Assembly (NCBI GenBank): GCA_013239625.1
Contig: MU053754.1
Location: 1,159,966-1,223,965 of the forward strand
Direction: 5' to 3'
DNA: 64,000 nucleotides
From: Lama guanicoe
Taxonomy: Eukaryota
Shown here: in pieces, positions 1-11,904 of the stretch
Position numbering within the stretch: the first letter of the stretch is position 1
Layout of the letters: every line of letters begins with the position of its first letter
Notes under the pieces: generated by a model
Told to the model about the DNA's origin: nothing
The model's database searches: none
The model's input: the letters and a program-made list of their open reading frames with translations, nothing else
Translations under genes and position numbers: made by a program

Positions 1-95
1 TGTCCATGAAACTGAAAAATTGTGCTGAACACTGGAATTTGACACAACATTGTAAAATGATTATAAATCAATAAAAAATGTTAATAAAAAAAATT
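1..95 (+). mobile_element. 3' end and A-tail of a young L1 (camelid-type 3' UTR)
   Basis: aaaattgtgctgaacactggaatttgacacaacattgtaaaatgattataaatcaataaaaaatgtt is also present at about 29360-29430. Confidence 0.9.
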
Positions 96-1854
96 TTTTT
101 AAATGCTCTCCAGAAGAAGAAAGCCTTCCTCTTCAAGGATGGGAATAATACTCGTGATTCTCACGAGACAGGTGGAAGAATGGGTGCTTCAGACAGGGGT
201 GCAAAGGTAGGAAGGAGCGATGACATGCATTTATCCAATAATACTGAACACTCCTCTATGGCTTTCACAAAACAGGCAACCTTGACAAGTATTCTACAGG
301 AGAACAATTAACACAGGTTAGTGCAACTCAGAACCAGCAGCCTTTCCCATGGTTAGGAAAAGAGGTGCCTTCAAAGAGTGTTCCTTTTTTTCCTCGGTAT
401 TTCTCCCCTTCCACTCTGAGGAATTCCCCTTTCTGCTCTAAACAATGAAATAACACATCAGTTTCCCCGTCAGGTTTCCCTAATAATGAAAAGTAACCGA
501 AATGGTACATAGCAGTTGCCATTTACTAGAATTTCAAGACTTGGTTTGGGGATTTTTTTCTCCCTGACTATTGACATTTCCTAAGTCGAGTCAACCTTCC
601 AAAAGTTAGTTAGTATCGTCCTTTGTGAGATTTTTGTCTCTCGTGCCCCAGGTGCTTGTTAGACAGCTCTTTATAGGCACTTCAAGATTTACAGGTGCAC
701 TTGATCAAATAGCTGGAAAGATTTGAGATGACTTTCATTGGGTAATTTATTCCATATGTACCCAACAGCCAAGCATTCGGCAAGGGACCAACAGATATGA
801 TTTAGAAAGCCCAAACAGCTCATGCAGGAAATAAGCAGCTGACAGATAAGGAAAAATGGCGACTTTATGCTTTAATGGCCACGTAAACTGTCTAGAAGGG
901 ACATTTATCAGTTCAACAAGGATCGATTTTCTTCACTCTCAACCCCTGTAACAAATCTTCTCTTTCTAAAAGGCAGGAAGCGGTCACCCTGGTAATTTAT
1001 TTGTTTACGTATAGCTAGTCTGTCTTGAGAGTCTCTATAAGACATCGTTCTCTGGCACATATTTTATCTTGATCCTGGGTGGAAGATAGTAAGAACCGAG
1101 TGACCTGCTGAATAAGGCATCCCTGGAGGCCAGGTAACTGTTAGTTAACGCGCATTAACAGACGGCCGTGCAAGTGTTACGTGAAGTACCAAGACAGGTA
1201 GGCAAACGGCTGGGCGAGCTTTGCTCCTGAAAGAGATGTGAACTATCCAAACTGCCTGATTTCGTTCCACTCGATACTGTAAAATGATATATGAAAAGAG
1301 ATGTAACTTGTTGATGAGTGAAAATCTAAAAACAGAGGATTTCTACTTAATTCATAGGAAATGGGACGTTTGAATAAAATTCAAGCCAATGTTTTAGGTA
1401 GGCCAAGTTAATTCTAGGATGTGTACCAACACAGAGGATGGAGAATTCCTGTTTGTTCAACATTACTCAATCGATTCCTTCCATTGATCAATCATTCATT
1501 TAGCAGATGTTTACTGAACACATCTACATGCCTGTGAGTACGCCAGCTTCCAGGAATAAACCCACAAAGTCAATAAAACTTCCTCGCTAAGGGTAACAGT
1601 TAAGTACGTCACAGCCGTAAGCTGTGCTTGGAAAGCTCTGGAAACACTCCAGAGAGAAGCAGCAGCACAATTCTGTTTGAGGACCGACAGACGATGCGTT
1701 CTAGCAAAGGTGAAGAGGAGAGGGATCTCTGACCCAAGTCTCAGGAGAATCACGGAGGAGAGAAAGTGGGGTCTGGCCAGAGAACAGACCAGTCATGATG
1801 ATTAAAGATCAACGATGTCCACCTTGACCAATTACTCACTATTTGTTCTTAATC

Positions 1855-1980
1855 AAACTACTTAGCTCTGCAGCCTCGTTTTCACATCTGTAAAATGGAG
1901 GCACTAATAATGACCAGTCTGCAGGCTATTCAAAGGGTCAGTTGAGATAATAAACCTTAAGTGCTTAGCTCAGGGCCATT
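1855..1980 (+). mobile_element. MIR SINE fragment
   Basis: gcctcgttttcacatctgtaaaatggag...aagtgcttagc resembles the MIR core. Confidence 0.7.
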
Positions 1981-3814
1981 AAAGGCTGATCCTGCGGAAC
2001 ACCCCAGCTAGTTAGGTTCCTGACCCTTCGTCCACCACGAATGGTGGATGAACGGTTTTCTGCTCTCTCATCCTCTCGCCCAGAAGAACACAAGAAACTC
2101 CGTAAGCAACTTGAGCAGAAAACAAAAGTTCTGTTCTTCTTAGTTATGTGAAGCAATCCAAAGCTACGCCCAACGGCTCTGAGATCACGCATGTAATTTA
2201 TATCTCCGATTTATCCCTTCTAGAATTTCTTATTATTTTGGTATTGCTCTTCACATCGTCTTTTACTGCCAAAGGGTTTCATGTGAGGTAGAACTGTGGT
2301 CAAATCCCATCCCTAAAACGCTGATTTATGCTTTGATTCGGATTTCTCTTGAGGTTTTTTTTCCAAATTCCCAAGTAGCACATTTTCTGACCTCGTGGTC
2401 ATCTATGTATAATCTTATGGGATGATTAACAGAGGTGGACCACATACAATTGCCAGGTTTTTGCAGTTTTCACCCTTGGCATGCATGCATGGCTCCACTC
2501 TTGGGTTCGTTCTTGGTTCAAGTGAAGCTGTAGAAAGGAAGTAAGGGGACATCCCTGATCACCTGCTTCGGGGACCCGGGAGGCACGCACAGACGAGACG
2601 AAAGGTCCATTGTGGTACCCCGGCAGATGCCTCTGTAACGAAGAGCTTCTCTGTGTGCTGATTCATCCTCCTGTCCCCTGGGTCTGACAGACGGTGCAAA
2701 CTTAGTAAGAGGCTTAAGTAAATGAATAAATGTTTATTCCTACTCTCTTGTAATGAGCATGCCTAATTTTATAACATAATAAAAACAGAAACCAAAAATA
2801 AAAGGATCTTTTAACAGATGTCATCATTTTTGGACATTTGATTTATTCTACGGGCACTCTGTTTACAGAGTCAAGGCATTCCAACTGCTCCCTGTCACTG
2901 GTGAAGTAGTTTGTTGCAATTTTACTTTATCCAATAGCACAGCACCAAGAAAAGGGCATTTTAAGCATAAGTTGCAAGTTAAGAAAAAGTAGCACAAACA
3001 CTGAAAACATATGAAAGTATGATTACATTTCTTTAAGTAGCATGAAACACTGAGACACTAGCTTTACAGTCTGACATCATCGGACTTAAAAAACCCATAA
3101 CTGGAAGTGCAGTTTTAATTGCGGCATGGCTGAAATTAATTCCTCTTCTTGACCAGTTGTTTTTAGCCCAAACACAAGCTACCAGATTGAGCAAGAATGA
3201 AAAATGTAACAACATCTTCACTGAGTTGGAAGGGGAGAGAAAGATATTGACCTTAATGCACAATCATCACACACAGGTCTCACTTTTATTGGTAATGGAG
3301 CAAGAGGAGAAAGGGAGGGTTTCCAAACGCCCCCGGTATTTCTTTGCCTCATGCTATTCATGCATCTGTGAGAAAACCTGCAATATTTCAAAATATTGGA
3401 AGCAGAGTGAAGATCTCCATGCAGAAAACTAGTTACTTTATCAGGATCACTAACTGTATATTATTATGCATTATCAGCTGTGACTGGGGACTCCTGACAA
3501 TCAAAACACTAATTGCTGAATTAAAAGACTCTTCAAACTATCACACAATTGTTGAATTAAGTAGGATTGACACTGGTTCCCAGTTCTCATTTCTCTTTAA
3601 AAGTTTCATTAGATCCTCTGTGTAAAATTCTTTTACGTGCTTCCCAGAGAATCTTGCAATGGACATTCTCTATTGTACTTTTATTCCTGTTTTATTTTTA
3701 AAATTTTCTTTTTGTTTCACTGGAAAGGAAGGGTGATGCTCAGTTTTAAACGTTTAAAGTGTACAAGTTGCTTTGTTACAATAAAACTAAATGTACACAC
3801 ACACACACACACAC

Positions 3815-4505
3815 AAATTGTTTTGAGATACAACTCACATATGGTAAAATTCGCCATTATAAACCATACAATTCAGGGAGTTTACTATATTCACAAGGTT
3901 GTGAAACCATCACTTCTACTGAATTCCAGAATACTGTCATCACTCCAGAAAGAAACCTCGTATCGATTGGTAGTCACTTCCAACTCCCTCCTCCCAATCC
4001 CTGGCAACCAGAAAACTACTTTCTGTCTCTGTGGATCTGCCAATAGTGGATATTTAATATAAACAGAGTGATACAACATGTGGTCTTTTGTGTCTACTTC
4101 TTTCGCTGAGCATGTTTTCAAGGGTCATTCCTGTTGTAGTGTGAATCAGTGTTCCATTCCTTTCTACAGCTGAATACTGTTCCATCACATAAGTAGACCA
4201 CATTCTGTTGTTTTTTTTTTTTTTCATCAGTTGATGGGCGTTTGGGTTGTTTCCACTTTTGGTCTATTATGAACGTGCTGCTACTAACATTCATATTTAG
4301 GTTTTTTTTGTGAACATGTTCTTTCCTTCTCTTGGGTGGATATGGTTAGGAGTGGAATTGCTGAGTCATGTGGAAACTCTATGTTTAACTCTATGTTTAA
4401 CTTTTTGAGAAAATGCCAGTGTTTTCCAAAGCAGCAGCTCCTTCCTACATTCCTACCAGCAGTGCTTGAGGATTCTAAATTCTTCACACCATCACCAACA
4501 CATGT
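3815..4505 (-). mobile_element. Old L1 (L1M-type) 3' region, preceded by (CA)n at about 3794-3815
   Basis: Typical antisense L1 motifs such as catcagttgatgggcgtttgggttgtttccac and aggagtggaattgctgagtcat. Confidence 0.85.
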
Positions 4506-5193
4506 TACTCTGTTATGCTCTGAAATTGTGCACTGAGGAGAAATTACAACTAGCCCATAAAGAGAGGAGTTACTATGACAAAAAATAATCTAATGTTTGA
4601 TTTTCAAATTACAAGGGGAGAAAAAAACACTAAAGAGTGCGGCGAAGCAGAAAGTGTAAATCTCCTTAATGAATCAGAAGCAAAAAATAACAGTATTTGT
4701 TAGCAGTAATTGGTTATTACATAACTACATTTCAATACATCCTTTTAAAAGAATGATCGGAAGAAAATGAAACAAATTTCAGGACAGGGTTCAGAATGAA
4801 ATCTTAATGGCATCATCTATAAAATGAAGTGATAGTAAAATCTGTGTAAAAACATACCTATTTCAAAATATAACACAAAAAATTCACGTTGGAAAACACG
4901 AACATTCCAAACATGAATGTTCAAGAACATCAGCCTTTTGTTAAGTCAGCCCACATCTGTGTGTCTAGAGTGATTGGTAGTATTTTAGATTAGCTTATCA
5001 AGCTAATAACTCATCACCACTACATCACAGGCAGAAGAAAGAGTGAGAACAGGTGAGCAAGAACACAGACGGTTTTCTCAGGGAATGGAGGTGGTTCCTG
5101 TAGACAGATCATACGATTCAATGAGAGGCAGGATGGGAGACAGATCCGGAGGCCTGTATCAGCAGGGGCCACACACAAGAGACACGAAGGTCA

Positions 5194-5510
5194 TGCAGAA
5201 AGGTGTTAACACGGCAGAGCTGCGACGGCCCTCCGAGAAAATCCCACTTGCAAGGTCAGCCCTTGGCTGGCACCTGAGAACGTGGGGTTCAGAAGTGTTG
5301 CCACCATTCCTGATAAAAATGGCTCACTGTGCTAAATTGTGTGCACAAACAACATGCTTTAGGATGAAAGCCTGCTCTCCTGGGAGTCTGGAATTTCAGT
5401 GCAAGCTAGGCATAGGGTGCCTATGTGACCAGCCCCCAGTTAAAACTCTGGATGATTCTTTAGTGAGCTTCCACGTAGGTAAAACTTTTCATACCTGTTG
5501 TCACAAACAA
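5194..5510 (+). mobile_element. ERVL-class LTR fragment (MER68-like)
   Basis: tgcagaaaggtgttaac...cttgcaaggtcagcccttggctggc...gtgaccagcccccag matches the recalled MER68/MER21 group. Confidence 0.7.
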
Positions 5511-7139
5511 ATAATGTGTTCTCTCACGCACGTGCACACACACACAGACACATACCTACACAAGCAAACCAACAAAACCCAACCCCTTTCATTTATGAAT
5601 GACTGGGGAGGTGGCATGTTCGGAAGTGATGGACAATCATGACTTAATTTTGAATTAGTAAGAAGCTTAAAATCCGGGTTAAATAGATGAGAAAAAACCA
5701 GTCTACCTGATGACAAGAAAGAAATGTTAAAACTACAGTACAGTCCAAACCCTTCAACAATCAAGATACTTAGCCCGAACAGCACTGAGGGTTTTTTTTT
5801 AAATCTGAATTTCATTTCACATATAAATAGTATTTCTAAAAACCCTGATCATAAACTTCAGCAGACAGCATATTAAAATTAAGAAATGTTTTTAACCTAG
5901 TCTACCAGCTTTAGCATAACTTGCTTACTTGATGCTAGAAATCTAGAACTCCCAGTTTGGTGTTAGAGAATGATTCCTTGTGACAACAAAAATCACAACC
6001 TTATTATTCACTGACATTAAAAAATAATGTTCTCTTGTTTACACCATTACTCTTCCAAACTGGATGATAATATTTTAAGCAAGAGTCCTGGACCACTTGG
6101 CCCTTTATTTGATTTAATTAAATAGGAACATTAATGCTCTGTTGTCTTCTGGCCTAAGGGAAAAGAGGACCTTCACCAAATCTGGCAATGTCAACTTCTT
6201 GCAAGACCAAAGGTGTCCCTGGAAGCCTCTTCATTACTGCTAACATTAGACCATCAGAGACAATCCCTCTTATTGTAGGAAAAAACCAAAAAATGTTTTA
6301 AGCTATGGAAATAAATCCATTTCCCACCTGTACCCATTTTTCCATATTATTATCACACTGAATTTTTAAAAATTGTTTAAATCATTTTCCCACTTCTGTA
6401 GATAGTTAGTGGCCTTACAAATGCTTCCTATATGAAGGAGAGAACATATTTTAAACTGTATTTTTTAAAAGATATGTTATAAAACAGGACCATGTCTTTA
6501 AAGCCAGTCTTTCTCTTCAACCTTCACGAGAGTACACAGTTCTTGATAAAAACCTAAAGTCTAGGCTAGTCAATTTGACATGTACATATGTATTACAAAC
6601 TCAGAAGAAAATGGTAGAATGTTAAAAAAAAAAAAAAGAAAAGAAAAGAAAAGGAAAGAAAAAAACCACTTTGGCCTAACACATGAAACCAAAACGTATA
6701 CGAAAAATCTCAAATGCACATAAAACCAGGATGGCCTTTCCTGAAGTCCAGCCAGATAAGCACGGGGGTGAGAAGTCAGTCAGGCCCTGGCATCAGTGCT
6801 GTGACAGTTTTCAACTTTCCACCTCTGGACATCGTGTCGTGAGCGGCTCCCACAGCGGTGTGGGTATCCTTTATTCCTGGGTGAGAAAAAGAAACATGGA
6901 TCGTAGCAAAAGCCCCAAGTAACCTACTGATCTGTTTCACATCTTTCAGAGATGGGAAGACGGAAAAAGACTAGAAGACCCACTGGACTGCAGGTCAGAC
7001 TGTCATCTGCAGTCCCAGAGCAGCAGGGGGGCAGGGGGAGGAGGGCCAGCAGAAGAGCTGTCCAGGGTAGAGCAGGCTGCGAGGAACATGGGAGTGAGCT
7101 CATGGACACTCTTAGTCTTCATTAATCTTTGCGAGAATT

Positions 7140-7400
7140 ATGACTATGAGTTTATAGGATTCGCCCAGAATCAGAAAATCCACAGAGACAGAAGGCAGAT
7201 GAGAGGTTGCCAGCAGTCGGCTGGGGGACAGAGTGACAGGCTATGGTCACAAGGTTTCCTTTCAGAGCGTTGGAAATGTTCTGGAACTGGACAGCGGTCA
7301 CAGTTGCCAAACACTGGGCACATACTAAATGCCACTGAATCGTACACTTCACCATGGTTAAACGCCATTGTCAAATGGCTAAAATGGTTATCTTATGCTG
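7140..7400 (+). mobile_element. Old L1 3' UTR fragment
   Basis: aaatccacagagacagaaggcaga...gaaatgttctggaact...aatgccactgaatcgtacact. Confidence 0.75.
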
Positions 7401-8312
7401 TGTGTGCCGGACCACATACCAAAAATCTGCCTACGAAAGGAACAAATAAGGAGATAGTCAGAGACAGACAAGATGAGACGTGAAGGTGTTTCTTCCCCCT
7501 AGTAAGGAGATAATTGTACCTTTGAATAGGTTTCCACGAGTTGAAGCAAAGGGGCCAGCATGAAGCTGAAGGTGGAGGAGGAGAGAGAAGGCTCTCAGAG
7601 GGGATGCTGAGGACAGAGGGCTCTGAGCGCGGGAAGAGAGATGACCTTGACAGTGAGGAACAGAAGAGACTATATAAGCAGGCACTTTCAGTTACTTCTG
7701 ACTTAATCCTTTTTTCCCACCAGGATGAAGAGGAAACTTGCTACCCGAGAACACAAGGAAGCAAGAATGGGAAAGGAAGCTTAAGTGAGCTGTAAAAACA
7801 GGGCGTAACCATCCTGGGCAGTGTTGGAGGATGCTGTGAAGGGGGAGAAGCATCTCTAAGTGGTACCATGGGCCCAGGAGGAGCTGCACCACAGCGCTGC
7901 CTTGGTTGGCTGGCTTTTTCCCAGCAGGACACAGTTGTCCGATGCTGGATCGAAAAGAGCAGACGGTTGGTTGTTTCTACCCACTTTGGGCAGAACATGA
8001 AGACCATGTGAGACTGCAAATCTATGAAGGGAACCATGGAGGCAATCCTTTGACGGGTCTTATATGTCTCTGGTCAGATTTCAGAGACCTGAGATGTTAT
8101 TTCTGATGATCTTTTTCAGTTTTATCAAGGCTTTTGTGGGAGAGAGTCTGCTGAGCTCCTCACCCAAATGTTCTGGAAGTTCCCTTCCTCAGCCCAAGAG
8201 GTCTTGGCCACTTAATGCCACTGCATCCAGACATTAGTAAACATAACCCCAACCCTAAATGTCATTCCAAATAGATTTCAGTGGACCTATCACTTTAAGA
8301 AATGCTGAGTGA

Positions 8313-8925
8313 CAAAAAATTAAGCATAGAATCACCATATGATCCAGCTATCCCACTTCTAGGTATCTATTCAAAGAACATGAAACACTAATACGAAAAG
8401 ATACACACATTCCTGTGTTCAGACGACATTACCTACAACAGTGGAGATATGGAAACAACCTAAGTGCCCATCAACGGATGAATGCACACAGAAGATGTGC
8501 TATATACACAATGGAATACTATTCAGCCATTAAAAATGAAATAGTGCCATTTGCAACAACATGAATGGACCTAGAGGCTACTATGCTAAGTGCAATAAGT
8601 CAGACAGAGAAAGACCAACACTGCATAATTTCACTCACATGCGGAATATAAAACTAATAAAGGAAGGAGCAAACAAAATGAACAAAGAAACCAAATGAAA
8701 CAGAAACAAGTAGGTAGATACACAGAACAGAGTAGTGGTTATCAAGGGGAGGAGTCGGGGAGGGTGAAAGAGGTAAATGGGTCAAGTGTATGCATGTCAG
8801 CTAAATTTGGGGGAGGGAGTGCGTAGCAGGGTACACAAAAGTAGAAATGTAATGCTGTACATGTGAAACTTTCATAATGTTATAATTCAGTTACCTCAAT
8901 TAAAACAATTTTTTTAAAGAAAGAA
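8313..8925 (+). mobile_element. L1 3' end (degenerate ORF2 tail plus 3' UTR)
   Basis: ccatatgatccagctatcccacttctagg...atggaatactattcagccat...A-rich tail. Confidence 0.9.
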
Positions 8926-9896
8926 ATGCCTGGTGAAAAAAAATTAACAGACTTCTTCCCCTGTTGGATTTCAGGCTAATACGATGATGCTAGTATAAAC
9001 CTGTGAGACAGGATGTGCTTGACCTGAGACTACGGGGATGCGTCTGACCTGAGACCGTGGGGACGTGCTGGGCCCTGGAAAAGTACCCAGCACTCCTTAG
9101 ACCACACCCAGATATGTAGGCAGGTGGGGGTCAGTGGGATCTATGCACTGGCAGTCCTGGGTCAGGAACACCCTGAAGATGTGGGCAATGTTTCGTGTGT
9201 ATTGGACATTTCCTGTGGCCAAGGTCCCTAGCTCTCCTCAGATTCTCCCAGGACACTACAGTCCCAGACCATGCTGACTGCTACTGCAGGGGACAGGGTG
9301 ACTGGGAGACAGGCAGGGACAGTGAGAGGAGGCTGGACGGCCAAGGACCTAGTGTCGCTTCTAGGGTTTAATCTAGAACAAAACTCCCTCCAAACTGCCA
9401 AAAGGCTACTTTCCAAACATCTGTTACACAGCCCACAGGGGAGTAAGGGCTGATGCTGCAAAGGAAATCATCCCAGTTAACTCTGAGGAAGAGGCAAAAT
9501 CCACACAAGTGAACCACTGGACCTAACACAACTCCAGAGACGGATAAGGTCATATACCTCCAGCTCACTCCAGGTTCAGTGTGCCGCCCTCTCCTCCTGC
9601 TGGCCTCTGGAGGGCCTGGGGGTGAGAGAAATAGACTAAGAAAGGAGTGCTGTTTATCCTCCACATTTTTCTCGTCAACAAAACCTCCTCCTGGTCCCAA
9701 ATTCAATACCATAATTTAACCAGCAGGTCATTTTTTTAAAATGAATTCAAGCCCAGAAGTGTGACCATCTTCGTAACAAAACAGGATGATTCCATCTCGG
9801 TTGATGCTAAAGTAATTCTACGACTTTCTTCTCCCTTTGAGAGTGCACTGTGTTGCCTTTCTCAGTAGATTTTCTTTTTACAGGAGACATTCTTCA

Positions 9897-10748
9897 AATA
9901 TGAAAAGGAATATATACATACATTTATGCATATATATGTGTAAATGAATCACTATGTTGTAAACTAGAAATTAACACATGGTAAATTGACTATACTTCAA
10001 CTTCTTAAAAAAATTTTTTTAACATTTTTTATTGATTTATAATCATTTTACAATGTTGTGTCAAATTCCAGTGTAGAGTACAATTTTTCAGTTATACATG
10101 AACATATATATATATTCATTGTCATATTTTTTTCTCTGTGAGCTACCATAAGATCTTGTATATATTTCCCTGTGCTATACAGTATAATCTTGTTTATCTA
10201 TTCTACATTTTGAAATTCCAATCTATCTCTGCCCACCCCCCTTGGCAACCACAAGTTTGTATTCTATGTCTATAAGTCTGTTTCTGTTTTGTATTTCTGC
10301 TTGGTTTTGGTTTTGTTTTGTTTTGTTTTGTTTAGATTCCACATATAAGTGATCTCATATGGTATTTTTTTTTCTCTTTCTGGCTTACTTCACTTAGAAT
10401 GACATTCTCCAGGAGCATCCATGTTGCTGCAAATGGCATCATGTTGTCATTTTCATGGCTGAGTAGTATTCCATTGTATAAATATACCACAGCTTCTTTA
10501 TCCAGTCATCTGTCAATGGACATTGAGGCTGCTTCCATGTCTTGGCTATTGTAAATAGTGCTGCTATGCACATAGGGGTGCAGGTGTCTTTTTGAAGTAG
10601 GGTTCCTTCTGATGCCCAGGAGTGACTGGGTCAAATGGTAAGTCTATTCCTAGTCTTTTGAGGAATCTCCATACTGTTTTCCACAGTGGCTGCACCAGGC
10701 TGCATTCCCACCAGCAGTGAAAAAATTCTTGAATTAAAACAAAAAGGA
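9897..10748. mobile_element. Nested L1s: short + strand L1 3' end (9897 to about 10010, tail resumes 10720-10748) interrupted by a younger - strand L1 (about 10015-10718)
   Basis: Outer TSD agacattcttca at 9885-9896 and 10749-10760. Inner element is flanked by aaaaaatt(t/c)tt. Confidence 0.85.
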
Positions 10749-11309
10749 AGACATTCTTCACTGTAGATGGATCTAGCTTCCCGAGCTTTGTTGTCAGGTT
10801 AGGATCGCTGATCCCGGAGCCCTCCTAATGTTCAGCCCCTTAACTTGACTGGCCCACGCCAACGGGTTACACCTGCTGAGACTTCTATGCGGAACCAAAT
10901 GGTATGCCTGGTTAGCCAGCAAAGGCTGAGCACACTAGCTTTCAGAACATCAAAAGAGCACTGAAAGGGAGCTTCTGTCACCTCTTCATGGTTTAAGAGA
11001 CATCAGATACCATGTTCCTGGTTTTAATGGACTTCACTAGACAGGAACAAGACTTTCATCTCTGTCTTCGGTGCCTGCCACAGCCCTCAGCTAACATGAA
11101 TGAAAAAAGAAAAGGAATAAACAATTACATGTATCTGATCTGTCTGAAGGCTTTGGTTAAAACCAATCCCGGTAATAAAGGTGACACCTACAAGCATCTC
11201 TGTCATATCTGACAAGACAATTACAAAGAAACGCAACACGTTTGTACTTCTTAATTCTTGCCTTATGTATATTCCCTGGCTCAAATACCTAAGGGCTGAC
11301 ATACATCCG

Positions 11310-11904
11310 TGTCGGAGCCAGCCGACAATCGATCAGGTCCAGAAACCTGTGCTGCAGGACTGAGAAAAGGAAAGACATAACAAAGAGACAGCAAGACAAG
11401 ACTAAAAGGTGGGGCTGAGAGGGTCTCACTCTAGCCCGCAAGACGCTAGGTCAAGAGTGGACGACGAGTTTATTTCAGGTGGTTCTTTTATATGATTTTA
11501 ACCCATTAGCTCATACATTCCTGCACGTAAGCAATAAAGCCTAACCTCGTGACTCGTATACATTCAACTCAGGTGATACATTCAACTCAGGTGATTGTTC
11601 TCTAAAAGGATCACTGATTTGTGTGCCAATTGTATCTCTCCCTCCGAAGGTCTTTTGTGACTTAATAGCTCAAAGATGTTTCCTCAGGCATTAGCGCACC
11701 TGGTGCATTCTTTAGTAAAAGAGGTGGCGGGACAGAGATTGTTCTAACTCAATTGACCTTTGAGCCGGGCGCCCCGCACTGTGGGAGTTTAGGCCCAACC
11801 TTTGTGCTCGGCAGCCTCAATCTCAGAGCCTGGCGCCCTGCACTTTGGGGTTTTACGCCCAAGTTTTGTGCTCGGCAGCCCTCCGTCACGAGCGGCTCCC
11901 CGCA
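11310..11904 (-). mobile_element. Intact ERV2/betaretrovirus-type solo LTR (595 bp)
   Basis: TG...CA ends with terminal inverted repeat (tgtcggagcc / ggctccccgca). Perfect 6-bp TSD catccg at 11304-11309 and 11905-11910. Minus-strand TATAAAA at 11486-11492 closely followed by AATAAA at 11469-11474. Confidence 0.9.

Noticed and set aside
5043..5642. 199-aa ORF
   Set aside because: It runs through a MER68-like LTR and a CA repeat, with no protein-like features.
9018..9072. Two imperfect copies of about 25 bp (gacctgagac...gggga)
   Set aside because: This is a small local tandem duplication with no spacer structure, so it is not CRISPR-like.
11831..11838. tggcgccc resembling a tRNA-Lys primer-binding site
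   Set aside because: It is only 8 nt, lies inside the LTR U3 repeat and on the opposite strand, and no internal proviral sequence flanks the LTR.
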